DNA from: Candidatus Altimarinota bacterium
GTDB taxonomy: Bacteria > Patescibacteriota > Gracilibacteria > JBDHUY01
Direction of reading: 5' to 3'
DNA length: 64,000 bases
Assembly (NCBI GenBank): GCA_039809385.1
Contig: JBDHUY010000005.1
Coordinates: 62,254-126,253, forward strand
Made by a program: the position numbers and the translations under genes. Numbering within the stretch: position 1 is the stretch's first letter; each line of letters begins with the position of its first letter. The notes under the pieces were generated by a model. It ran no database searches. It was not told where the DNA came from and worked only from the letters and a program-made list of their open reading frames with translations. Positions 9,673 through 19,535 of this stretch are shown here, piece after piece.

Positions 9673-11598
9673 ATGCTTTCCGCTCTCGATATTCAGCAGC
9701 GATTCCTCCGCTTTTTCGGCGAGGCGCCCCGCGACCACAAACGTATTCCGAATGTTTCTTTGGTTCCGCATAACGATCCGTCTTTGCTTTTCGTCAATTC
9801 GGGCATGTTTCCCCTGGTTCCGTATTTATCCGGCGAACCGCACCCGCTGGGAAAACGGCTCTGCAATTTTCAGCGTAGTATCCGGACCATGGCCGAGGAT
9901 CTGGAGGAGATCGGCGATGCCCGCCATACCACCTGTTTTAACATGATGGGCAACTGGAGTCTGGGCGATTTCTGGAAAACCGAGCAGATTCCCTGGATCG
10001 CCGAATTATATATCAAAGAGTTCGGTCTGGATATCAACCGCTTCTTCGTTTCTGTCTTTAAAGGCGATACCGATGCTCCCCGCGATGACGACGCCATCGA
10101 GATGTGGAAAAAAGTCTTTGCCCAATATGGCATCGAAGCTCAGGTGAGCGACGACCCTTACGACGTCATGAAAAATTATGACAACAGCGGTAATCTTTTG
10201 CCAGATCAGTCGAAGTCCTATCGAATCTTTGCCTATGAAAAGAAGAAAAACTGGTGGCAGCGCGGCCATGCGGCCGGTGAGCTCGGAGGTCCTTCGAGTG
10301 AAATGTTTTACGATTGCGGGGCTCCGCTCGAGGGCGAGTATAAAAATGCCTATCATATCAATGACGACAGCGGCAAATTCATCGAGGTTGGTAACAACGT
10401 TTTCATGGAATATTACCTCGATGAGGGTTTGAAATGGCAGAAGCTCAAGCAGCGCAATATCGACTTTGGCGGCGGGTTTGAACGGGTAGTTTTTTGCACC
10501 CAGAACAAGATGGACATTTTCGACACCGAACTCTATTTACCGGCTATTCAGGTTATCGAACAGCTTTCAGGTTTGAAATACCACGATCTGTCTGAAACGG
10601 CCAAAAAGCCGTTCCGGGTAATTGTCGACCATATTCGCGCCGCGACGTTCATCATGGGCGACGAAGTCCTGCCGAGTAACAAGGAACAGGGGTATATCTT
10701 GCGCCGCTTTATTCGGCGTGCGATCAACTTTGGCAGAAAGTTGAATCTGGACAAAGGCTTTACCGGAGAGGTGGGGGCCCGGTTTGTAGACATACTGACA
10801 CAGTTTGACGACTATGTTTTTTTGAAGGAGAAAAAGGAAATGATTGTGGCCGAACTGCTTAAAGAAGAAGACAAGTTTCATAAAACCCTGTCGCAGGGGA
10901 TTCGCGAACTGGACAAATATCTGTCTACGAGTCCAACGTTGTCGGGGGAGCAGGCATTTTATATTTTTGAAACGTTCGGTTTTCCGTTTGATCTGATTGT
11001 GGACGAGCTAATTAGTCGTGCGATTCCTTTTGACTGGAACAACCTTGAAGCCGATTTTAAAAAGGCTATGCAGCAGCACCGCGCTCAAAGTAATGCCGGA
11101 GCCGAACATGTCTTTAAGGGCGGGCTGGCCGACACCAAGGTTGAGACAACCCGGCTGCATACGACGCACCATATTTTACTGGCGACGTTACGCAAAATCT
11201 TGGGGCCGCATGTCCATCAGCGAGGGAGCAATATTACGGCGGAGCGGCTGCGGATGGATTTTTCGCATACCGAAAAAATGACGCCCGAGCAGCTGCAAAT
11301 TACCGAGGATATGGTGAATGAGGTTATTTCGAAAGACTATACTATGGTCCGCCGCGAGATGAAGTTTGACGAGGCGGTCAACCAGGGCGCCGAGATGGAA
11401 TTTGGACAAAAATATGGCGATGTCGTGTCTGTCTACTTTCTCGAGGATGCCGAGGGTAATGCCTTCAGCAAGGAGTTTTGCGGCGGGCCGCATGTCCAAC
11501 ATACGTCCGAAATTCGCGAGGGCGGGAGGTTCAAGATTATGAAGGAAGAGGCGGTGGGGAGCGGGGTGAGGAGGATTAAGGGGGTGTTGGTTAAGTAA
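9673..11598 (+). CDS. alaS: Alanine--tRNA ligase (short form, no C-Ala domain)
   Basis: LVPHNDPSLLFVNSGMFPL, RHTTCFNMMGNWSLGDF, DHIRAATF; editing motifs HTTHH and CGGPH; ends after GVRRIKG. Confidence 0.97.
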   Translation: MLSALDIQQRFLRFFGEAPRDHKRIPNVSLVPHNDPSLLFVNSGMFPLVPYLSGEPHPLGKRLCNFQRSIRTMAEDLEEIGDARHTTCFNMMGNWSLGDFWKTEQIPWIAELYIKEFGLDINRFFVSVFKGDTDAPRDDDAIEMWKKVFAQYGIEAQVSDDPYDVMKNYDNSGNLLPDQSKSYRIFAYEKKKNWWQRGHAAGELGGPSSEMFYDCGAPLEGEYKNAYHINDDSGKFIEVGNNVFMEYYLDEGLKWQKLKQRNIDFGGGFERVVFCTQNKMDIFDTELYLPAIQVIEQLSGLKYHDLSETAKKPFRVIVDHIRAATFIMGDEVLPSNKEQGYILRRFIRRAINFGRKLNLDKGFTGEVGARFVDILTQFDDYVFLKEKKEMIVAELLKEEDKFHKTLSQGIRELDKYLSTSPTLSGEQAFYIFETFGFPFDLIVDELISRAIPFDWNNLEADFKKAMQQHRAQSNAGAEHVFKGGLADTKVETTRLHTTHHILLATLRKILGPHVHQRGSNITAERLRMDFSHTEKMTPEQLQITEDMVNEVISKDYTMVRREMKFDEAVNQGAEMEFGQKYGDVVSVYFLEDAEGNAFSKEFCGGPHVQHTSEIREGGRFKIMKEEAVGSGVRRIKGVLVK

Positions 11599-11673
11599 TG
11601 AGTGCTATATTTATTTATCGTGACTATTAAAGGCGACAATGATAAATTGTTGCTGTTATTTATAAACATGTAT

Positions 11674-12216
11674 ATGAAAAAATTGTTCATTGCTCTGTTG
11701 CTTGTCAGTGTATTGTTTACAACTGCATGTAATACACGAACTTCCTCTTCAAAAAATTTAGATTCAACCGCGTCGACCCTTCATGCAATCAATCAAGACT
11801 ATGTCGCAGATCATGAAAATGTGTATTATAGCTTAGGTGGTGCTGATCCAAAGACATTTCGGCTTTTGGATCAAGATTATGCCCGAGATAAAAATACAAT
11901 ATTTTACCATGGCAGGCGGCTCTCTCAGGTCGATCCTGATTCTTTTGTTGTTCAAAATGAAATTGCCCGGGATAAAAACTCGGTCTTTTTTGACGGTATG
12001 CCTATGGACGGTCCTGACCCCCTCAGTTTTGAGAGCCTGGGTGCAGCAACTTCTTTCTATAAAGACAAAAATGCTGTATATATGCTCATGGGGCAACAGC
12101 AAATTCTGCATAAGGTCATCGGGGCCAATCCTACAACATTTAGAGTCCCTCAGGATAATGGTCTTCCTCCTGATGAACTTCATTATTCCTATGAAGAAGT
12201 AAAAGTGAAAAATTAA
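11674..12216 (+). CDS. DKNYY-repeat lipoprotein
   Basis: Lipobox LFTTAC; repeated ADPKTF / ARDKNTIFY / ARDKNSVFF / YKDKNAVY units. Confidence 0.8.
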   Translation: MKKLFIALLLVSVLFTTACNTRTSSSKNLDSTASTLHAINQDYVADHENVYYSLGGADPKTFRLLDQDYARDKNTIFYHGRRLSQVDPDSFVVQNEIARDKNSVFFDGMPMDGPDPLSFESLGAATSFYKDKNAVYMLMGQQQILHKVIGANPTTFRVPQDNGLPPDELHYSYEEVKVKN

Positions 12217-12317
12217 CGCCGAAATTGTAATTCAAAATCTATGAACTTATTCGATAAAAAGTACGGCTTTGTCGAAGACGAAAAAGTGCGCGACTTTCAT
12301 AGGAGTCGCCCCTTTCC

Positions 12318-12340
12318 GGTTCCAGTTTGCAACTGGAATC
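12318..12340. repeat. REP-like palindrome, copy 1
   Basis: GGTTCCAGTTTGCAACTGGAATC preceded by CCTTTC; near-identical copy at 12552. Confidence 0.75.
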
Positions 12341-12551
12341 CCACAATGTTTTGTAAGATCGGCTTACCGCTGCGAGCGATCTTCCTGTTCTTTTCTCGAC
12401 AAAATCGGCAGACTTTTATGTAAAGCAGGATAATCCCGCCAATAGTAAGGGTATAAACAGAACCATAAAGACAGTTGTATGAAAGAAGAGTACATAGTAT
12501 ACTACCGCCCCAGGCTTTTTCTTGAAAAATTTCACAGCAATGACCCTTTCT

Positions 12552-12574
12552 GGTTCCAGTTTGCAACTGGAACC
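12552..12574. repeat. REP-like palindrome, copy 2
   Basis: GGTTCCAGTTTGCAACTGGAACC, 10-bp perfect arms. Confidence 0.75.
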
Positions 12575-12826
12575 CTAATGTCTTGGCACTTATAGTGCTG
12601 CGAGATTTATGAGGCTGTTACTCGCCGACTAGCTTTATAATTCTCTTCCACAAAGCCAAAATATATGAACTTCTTTGATAAAAAGCACGGCTTTGTCGAA
12701 GGCGGAAAGATGTACTACTTTCAGAGAAGTAGCAAGATATTTTTTTTCAAAGGGCAGCGTATACGGATTTAATCTTCGAGGATTAGAAATATTGTCTTCA
12801 TATTTTGATTCTCTTCTTCCATCCCT

Positions 12827-13177
12827 ATGAGTATCAAAAAAATTATCTGCTGGCTTCCACGAATTCTTGGTATTGGATTCGTGCTATTCCTCTCGTTATT
12901 CTCACTGGATGTATTCCCATCATACAGCGGTTGGGAACTATTGCCGGCTCTTTTTATGCATCTTATTCCTTCTCTGCTACTGCTATTCGTTCTGCTTATT
13001 GCTTGGAAGTATGAACTTGTGGGGACCGCAGTATTTTTGCTGTTTGCAATCTACTACGTCTGGTCGGTCGGTCTTGACCGTCATTGGAGCTGGTATGCTT
13101 CTATAGCTCTTCCCACTGGCCTCGTTGGAGTTCTCTTTTTGGTCAGCTGGTTCGGAAAAAAGCATGGGAAGAAATAA
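12827..13177 (+). CDS. Small membrane protein with 3-4 TM segments (conserved hypothetical)
   Basis: WLPRILGI..FLSLFSLDVF..LFMHLIPS..LLIAWKYE hydrophobic pattern. Confidence 0.75.
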   Translation: MSIKKIICWLPRILGIGFVLFLSLFSLDVFPSYSGWELLPALFMHLIPSLLLLFVLLIAWKYELVGTAVFLLFAIYYVWSVGLDRHWSWYASIALPTGLVGVLFLVSWFGKKHGKK

Positions 13178-13462
13178 AATTCAGGCTTCTTTCTGTCCAG
13201 TGTTCTGCTCCGCATTTGACCCATACGGCTTTAGCATATCTCAAGCTACATAATGTGGTATAGAGATTCTTCCAAATGGATCATCTTCTGCTCATCCGTG
13301 TCATCATCCCCTCTTTTTTGGGGCAACATTTTCAGTATCTTACCTTCCTTTGATTAGGGGAATTCTGTATGGATGAAAATTATATTGTCACCGTAAACTG
13401 TTGACACTCTTTTTTTCCTGTTAGTATCGATTCTCTTTTTATTTTCCTGTTACCATACCGCT

Positions 13463-13849
13463 ATGGCAGATACCACCATGACAGAAACCGGTCCGTATCC
13501 TGAAGATTTACAACCTATCAGTTTTGAGGATTTTATTCAGTATGAGTATAAAAATGGCCTTAATCTGCCAAGCAAGGCGCTGACCTTTCTCGTTATTTAT
13601 TTTTACGATCCGAAGAAAAAATATTCTCAATATAAACAAAAGCCCTGCTTTGTGCGTCTTTGTAGCGAGCATTTAGCATTGTGTCGCCAGGTAAGCGACG
13701 GGTTGGTCTCTTTTCTGACCGGACACTCGACGGAATCCCAACGCCATGATTTTTACCAAAACCTGTATGCTGCGTATTGCATAATGCGTAAGTACGGCAT
13801 ATCGGATCAGGAAATTTTCCGGTATAGCCCGGAATTGTCTCTTTCTTGA
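13463..13849 (+). CDS. Hypothetical protein
   Basis: 128-aa ATG ORF after an AT-rich intergenic region containing TTGACA; no motif recognised. Confidence 0.55.
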   Translation: MADTTMTETGPYPEDLQPISFEDFIQYEYKNGLNLPSKALTFLVIYFYDPKKKYSQYKQKPCFVRLCSEHLALCRQVSDGLVSFLTGHSTESQRHDFYQNLYAAYCIMRKYGISDQEIFRYSPELSLS

Positions 13850-13914
13850 TCCAGGCATCTGTGTTAATCTGAAATTGTTGTCACTTTCCGTTTTATTCCG
13901 TTTACTTCTTTCTG

Positions 13915-15027
13915 ATGGGAATCGAACAAGAATTGCCTACTCTGTCTCGATACATGACTCCGCAACAGCGGCAGGAGTACAATACTCCCGATCCGCTTTG
14001 GGGAAATCTTGTAAGTCGTAGAAAAGCTATTGCTGCCATAGTCAGTTTTCTGGTAGCAAGCGGTCTGGCTAGTTTCGCTGCCACTGCTGAAAGTGATTTG
14101 GCTATTCCGGAAAATCCGGAAGGATCGAGCATGACTACTACGCCCTATCCGGTGGCCAAAGTCTTGATGGAACTCGAAAAGTTGCGTCGTGCAGGGGTTG
14201 AACCAAATGTAGCCAACGCAGCTTTCCTGAAAAGAATGCCGGAACTGCGCAGCCATATTGTCTAGCTTACTCCCTGGCTGTCCACCAAGGTAGGATTTGG
14301 AAAGTCTGGTTATGCGGCTGTGAATCAATTTCTCCGTTCCAGAGGCTTTTCTATAAGCCTCGACGCGAATAATGCCGGCTACCGGGATGCCGCAGTCGCC
14401 GCGGTGATGGATATGAAAGTTGCATGGGATGTAACGGGCGAAGCTTCTACTATTCCGGTGCGATATTCAAAGAAGGCCGATCATCCGGTTGAGGAAGTTC
14501 CCAGTGTCGATATGGATGCCCAGAATTGCCGCTTTTACAAAGTCTCCGGGTTCACCAATGAAATTTTGGAAGTCCGAACCAAAGACAAAACTCGTGTCAA
14601 TATGATGAAAACCGACGCAGCCGGATTTCACGGTCCCGAAGACCTGAAAACCTTTATCAAAAATATAGCCCAGCACATGCAGCAGCAAGAGGCTTCGGGA
14701 TATGACAAAGCTTCTTTTCCCATGGTTGATTTTCGTGAAAAGGGGACAAACCCTTGGTTAGTCGGAACGACTGTGGGGAAGACTTATATCCGTCAGGCTG
14801 TCTATCAAAACAGTATTCAGATGAACGAAAATGGCGCGCGTTTCCGTGCCGCGGCAGCGGTAGAGGATGTTGTGATGGGTGTTCACGAAACAAAATGGTT
14901 TCTGATAGACGGTCCTTTCATGATGTGGTTTGTCCGTGATCTGAAAATTGACGGGAAGATCAAACCGGTAACGTTGTTTAACGCCTTTACCGACCGGTCT
15001 CATATGAAAAATCCGGGAGTTTTCTAG
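13915..15027 (+). pseudogene. Serpin-like protein interrupted by one in-frame TAG (14263-14265)
   Basis: ORFs 13915-14265 and 14320-15027 share a frame and read continuously through the stop (SHIV*LTPWLSTKVGFGKSGYAAVNQFL). C-terminus has serpin-like QAVYQNSIQMNENGARFRAAAAV...FLIDGPFMMWFVRD. Confidence 0.65.
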
Positions 15028-16184
15028 AACGGTATTCTCGAAATATCTGTCAGTAAAGACATCATATCAAGTTTTGCTGTATAGAGCTTTGTAATCTTCT
15101 TGCCAAATTCGTCAAAGCTGGTTACCTCCATCAGAACAAAAACATCTGGGGGAAACAGCGCCGTGAGATCTTTTCCACCTGGCGATTCTTGCAAAATCTC
15201 CTTGCCGCCTTCTTTATGGGAGCCTCCTCCAAGTAACTGTCTCAGGAATTGGCGTCGCGATGATATTTTAGGTGATTTTTCTTTTTCTTTCTCCGCTCGT
15301 ACCTCCTCGGCAATGGTATTGGCAGTTTTTCCATCAATTACCAAAGGTTCTTCGACGACTGCAGGGTGTTCGGATGATCCAGCCGGTATCTGAATCTTGT
15401 ATGTTTCATGATAATTTTTGTAGTATGTTTTTCCATCGGTCGATAATCCCCAACGTACACTGGTTTCTTTTGGCTCTGACGCTATATTTTTGAAAAAAAT
15501 CGGGTAATAAAAAATACCGGTTCCCGGCAGGACACCGATCTTACGGGGGAAAAGACAGGTTACTGCCTCACTCGTGGTGGTATTCGTATCGATAGAGTCT
15601 TCTCCCTCTTCTTTTTCAGGTAATTGATCATAATGGTTCTCTGCTGGGGCTTTCTGGTCACTTGCTCTATCTCCTTGTTCTGCGGTTTGATTATTCGAAT
15701 GCGATACCGGATATATTGTACCAAGACCGGTTTGGTTCCAATAGGTATCCCATAGATCCTTAAATTCTGCCTCTGACAGTTCTCTTCCCGATTCCCGACA
15801 GAGGAAGCGGTATAAATCTGTCCGGGATACGAGTCTGGGATATTGGTATCGATCAGGCGATCCCACCGATTCCGTTATGATCGAGCTGTATTCGGGGGTT
15901 CCCTGCATCCGCTCGTCCAGCTTTTCCAGAAATATTCCTACTCTGGATAATAGGTCGGGGTCTACTTCTCGATCGATGCTAATTCGTTCAGCGGGTGTCG
16001 TGTTTTTCCCCAGCAGCGAAAATGCTTTCACCCTTTCCGGTAAACTAAATACCAGACCCGTGACAACAGTGGCCAGGTTAGCTAAAAAGGACCTTCTCGT
16101 TCTGTCCACTACCTGTAAACTATCCGTTGGAACGGTCGTCAATGTCCTCTCTTCAGCGACCTCTTCTCTTGAACGTAGAATCAT
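15024..16184 (-). CDS. Hypothetical membrane-anchored protein
   Basis: 386-aa ORF; RRSFL followed by a hydrophobic helix near the N-terminus; no family recognised. Confidence 0.65.
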   Translation of the reverse strand: MILRSREEVAEERTLTTVPTDSLQVVDRTRRSFLANLATVVTGLVFSLPERVKAFSLLGKNTTPAERISIDREVDPDLLSRVGIFLEKLDERMQGTPEYSSIITESVGSPDRYQYPRLVSRTDLYRFLCRESGRELSEAEFKDLWDTYWNQTGLGTIYPVSHSNNQTAEQGDRASDQKAPAENHYDQLPEKEEGEDSIDTNTTTSEAVTCLFPRKIGVLPGTGIFYYPIFFKNIASEPKETSVRWGLSTDGKTYYKNYHETYKIQIPAGSSEHPAVVEEPLVIDGKTANTIAEEVRAEKEKEKSPKISSRRQFLRQLLGGGSHKEGGKEILQESPGGKDLTALFPPDVFVLMEVTSFDEFGKKITKLYTAKLDMMSLLTDISRIPF

Positions 16185-16354
16185 GATGATTTGTTATTGT
16201 TGACATTTGTATTATAGATCGTTTCATCCACGAGGCAATCGATTCTTCGAAAATAATCATGAAAAAAAACGATGTGTTGTATTGCTAGTTGTCTTTTTTT
16301 CTTGTACATTCACCATCATATGAGCTTTATACTCTCACTTGATATTCGCAAGGT

Positions 16355-16993
16355 ATGTCAACAATACGCCATAAACGGAATCCTTTACAATCGTTTCTGC
16401 GCTCTTTCCAGCGGGGAGTTCTCACCAAAACCCGTCTGGAAGCTTTTAGCGACGGGGTATTTGCCATCGTCGTAACGCTGCTGGTCCTGGAAATTCACGT
16501 TCCTCACGATGCCCATACCATGTCTGAATTGATTGACGGGCTGTTCCTGCTATTTCCTAAAATCCTTAGCTGGATTATTTCGTTCTTTATTATTATTGTC
16601 ATTTGGATAGACCACCATGCGATCATCCATCATGCCAAAAGTTCCGACTATGGATTACTGTGGATTAATGCCGTAGTCTTGTTGTCCGTATCGTTTATCC
16701 CTTTTCTTTCTGCGTTGCTGGGACAATACCCGGACTCTTCACTGGCTATTACCATTTTTTCTTTAAGTATGGCTATACTAGGAGGTTTAATGACTTTTAT
16801 GCGGATGTATGTAGAACGCTATCTCACGGATGAGGGGCATATGGTAAGCCCGAAGTTTTTCGTGCGTTTATTGGTTTTTGGCAGCGGTGCCTACGTTTTA
16901 GCGGCTCTACTGGCCTGGGTTCATAGTTATCTGTCCTATGCGCTCCTCCTATTTGTACCGTTCTATTTTCTTCTGCCCAAAGAAGAATACTAG
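16355..16993 (+). CDS. TMEM175-family potassium channel
   Basis: Signature RLEAFSDGVFAIVVTLLVLEI and WIDHH; six TM helices. Confidence 0.92.
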   Translation: MSTIRHKRNPLQSFLRSFQRGVLTKTRLEAFSDGVFAIVVTLLVLEIHVPHDAHTMSELIDGLFLLFPKILSWIISFFIIIVIWIDHHAIIHHAKSSDYGLLWINAVVLLSVSFIPFLSALLGQYPDSSLAITIFSLSMAILGGLMTFMRMYVERYLTDEGHMVSPKFFVRLLVFGSGAYVLAALLAWVHSYLSYALLLFVPFYFLLPKEEY

Positions 16994-17118
16994 AGATGTA
17001 CGTCTGGTAGTAAAATGGCCTTGATCTTATACTAGCGTCAAGGATTTTTTATCTATTTTCGCTTGATTTGATGCATACTCGCGTCTACAATCCTGCCAAT
17101 ATTTTTCTTCATTATCAC

Positions 17119-18246
17119 ATGATGGAGCCGGGTCTTTCCTTTGATAGGTTTGATCAATTGCCCATGGCCGATTGTCATTTACATCTGGATGGAGCAATCC
17201 CGCCTGATGTTCTGTATGAAGTTGCCCAAAAGCACCAAATCATCATTCCGGAATTACGAGATCAGTCTTTAGCTGCCTTGTCTGAAGTCTATCCCAATCC
17301 CGGCCCTTTTTCCGGGAAAAACGCCCAGGATTTCAGTCTCTTTTTAAAGCAATTCGAACGTTCTTTGTCCGTTATGCAGACTCCCCAGTCGATCTATGAT
17401 ACAACGCTTGGAGTTATTCATGATTTGAAAAAGCAAAATATTATCTATGCCGAGCTGCGCTTTGCGCCCTCTTATCATCTGCAAAACGGTCATTCGATGA
17501 AAGAGATGACCGAAGCGGTTTTACGGGCTATGAAACAGGGAGAACAAGAGACCGGTGTTATGACTCGGCTACTGGTGATTATTCCGCGCGAGATTGCCTA
17601 CCTTGCTAACGAACAATACCATGGCCCAAATGCTGACCAGATTGTGTCGGTGGCCTTAGAATTCCAAAATGAAGGCGTTGCAGGGATCGATCTGGCTTGT
17701 AATGAAGTATTATACGGCCCCGAAGCTTATGAAAGACAGTTCCAAAAAACTTTTGGCACTCGTTTAAAGCGTACAGTTCATGCAGGAGAATCCGGAGATA
17801 ACCGGCAAAGGAATATAGAATTTGCGCTTAAAAACTTACAGGCCGACGGTCTGGGGCATGCCCTCGATCTGACCTCAATGCCTGTAGAGTGGAAAAATTA
17901 CGTTTTAGCCAAGAAGATCCGGGTCGAGCGTAGCCCTGTATCAAACCAGATTTTAGGCGTAGGAGACGCTCGCTTAGACGACTTTTCGTCACTGTATCAT
18001 GCTTCTACGCTCGTAACCATAAATAGCGATGACCCCGGCGTATTTGGGGAGACGTGCAGGTTAGCCGCTAACTATAAGAAGGTTTTCGACTCTTATAACT
18101 GGGGCATCGAGCACTTTCTGCGATTGACCCGTAATGCCATAGACAGCGCTTTTGTTGACAAATATGGAAGAGAAGATCTCCTTAATCGTTTTTGTGAGGC
18201 GCTAAAACCTCACGAATTGAAACTCCCCGATCCTCTGTTGCAATAG
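17119..18246 (+). CDS. add: Adenosine/adenine deaminase family amidohydrolase
   Basis: HLHLDG, YAELRFAP, TVHAGES, LGHA, INSDDPG metal-binding motifs. Start could be upstream (17068). Confidence 0.88.
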   Translation: MMEPGLSFDRFDQLPMADCHLHLDGAIPPDVLYEVAQKHQIIIPELRDQSLAALSEVYPNPGPFSGKNAQDFSLFLKQFERSLSVMQTPQSIYDTTLGVIHDLKKQNIIYAELRFAPSYHLQNGHSMKEMTEAVLRAMKQGEQETGVMTRLLVIIPREIAYLANEQYHGPNADQIVSVALEFQNEGVAGIDLACNEVLYGPEAYERQFQKTFGTRLKRTVHAGESGDNRQRNIEFALKNLQADGLGHALDLTSMPVEWKNYVLAKKIRVERSPVSNQILGVGDARLDDFSSLYHASTLVTINSDDPGVFGETCRLAANYKKVFDSYNWGIEHFLRLTRNAIDSAFVDKYGREDLLNRFCEALKPHELKLPDPLLQ

Positions 18247-18296
18247 GAAAGTTTTTAGGGTAAAGAGGATGTAGTTGTCTTCTTACTCTTTTCTCT

Positions 18297-19472
18297 ATGA
18301 CCAAGAAATTCTGGTTTGTTTTTACGATCCTTGTCCTCCTGGTTAGCTCGTCGGGAGAATTGTCTTTGCCTGCTGTGAGCGGCCAGAGCGGCTGTACTGC
18401 TCCGGATACCATCTTTGAGCAAAATCTCGACGACGGTATTCGCTATACTACTTTGGAGAGATCCTGTAGACAGGACGGAACTGTCGGACCCTGGAGTATC
18501 CGCATGTTGGATGTCGATCCTCAAAAGGCCCGCCTGCGCCTTGTCTCAGGGCTCGACGAATCGTTGGGGACTGAAACAGTTCGTTCTATGTCTACGCGCT
18601 ATGCCGCGCTGGCTGCGCTTAATGCCGGGTATTTCCGTACCCAGGGACTCTATCGGGGGGAGGCTGACGGTGCGCTCAAAATTCAGGGAAAAATCTTAAG
18701 TGAACCGCGTACGGGCAGAAGCAGTATCGGTTTTGTACAAACTGAAAATGGCTATAGGGCATTATTCGGACGGTTACGATTCTATGGCTTTGTCGAAAAC
18801 AGGGATAAAGCTCAGCGCTTTCCGTTAAGTGGTATTAATCGTCCGCGCTATGACAACGAAATTATTCTGTATACTCCCGAATTTCACCGCACCACGCTTA
18901 CCAATCCAGGTGGGGTTGAAATAATTGTCAAACATAATAAAGTCGCGGCAATCTCTCCTACTATGGGCAGCAGCGTCATTCCCGACGACGGTTTTGTTCT
19001 ATCGGCCAGCGCCGAAATGGGCCCTGCTTTGCTCCATTATTTCACCGTTTCTTCGCCCCTGAGAGTCTTTACCAACTTGATTGCCGAAGATAGTTCCCAG
19101 CAGGCCGATTGGGACAAAACTGAATTTATCATGAGTGCCGGACCGCGCATTTTGACTGACGGAAGCGTTGATCTCGATGGACCACGCGAAGATATTCCCG
19201 CTGCGCTGATTAACGGTTCATTTGCCCGGACGGCCATGGGGATTACCGACGAAGGACATTTCTTGTTTATCACGGTCGATGATTCCGCTACCAGCAAGGG
19301 TATGAATTTGCGTGATCTTGCCGATTTTTTCTTGGAACGCGGCATCGATAATGCCGTCAATCTCGACGGAGGAACTTCAACGACCATGGTTGTATCTGGA
19401 CAAGTAGTCAATACGCCTGTTGATAATGTCGAACGAGGTGTCAGCGAGGCAATCTTACTCTTTCCCTCATAA
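18297..19472 (+). CDS. Secreted phosphodiester glycosidase (NAGPA) family protein
   Basis: Signal peptide; ALNAGYF, AGPRIL, ARTAMG, AVNLDGGTST, ERGVSEAI. Confidence 0.88.
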   Translation: MTKKFWFVFTILVLLVSSSGELSLPAVSGQSGCTAPDTIFEQNLDDGIRYTTLERSCRQDGTVGPWSIRMLDVDPQKARLRLVSGLDESLGTETVRSMSTRYAALAALNAGYFRTQGLYRGEADGALKIQGKILSEPRTGRSSIGFVQTENGYRALFGRLRFYGFVENRDKAQRFPLSGINRPRYDNEIILYTPEFHRTTLTNPGGVEIIVKHNKVAAISPTMGSSVIPDDGFVLSASAEMGPALLHYFTVSSPLRVFTNLIAEDSSQQADWDKTEFIMSAGPRILTDGSVDLDGPREDIPAALINGSFARTAMGITDEGHFLFITVDDSATSKGMNLRDLADFFLERGIDNAVNLDGGTSTTMVVSGQVVNTPVDNVERGVSEAILLFPS

Positions 19473-19535
19473 CCAAATACTCTTTTTTTCGAATCTATTT
19501 TGTTTATACTGTGGTTACCTTAGAAAATACTTCGT

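Noticed and set aside
9673-11598. alaS as a truncated pseudogene
   Set aside because: Aminoacylation and editing motifs are intact, and loss of C-Ala is a known short AlaRS architecture.
12241-12730. Duplicated 65-bp unit as a DGR template/variable repeat pair
   Set aside because: Differences are not confined to adenines in either copy, and neither lies at the 3' end of a target gene.
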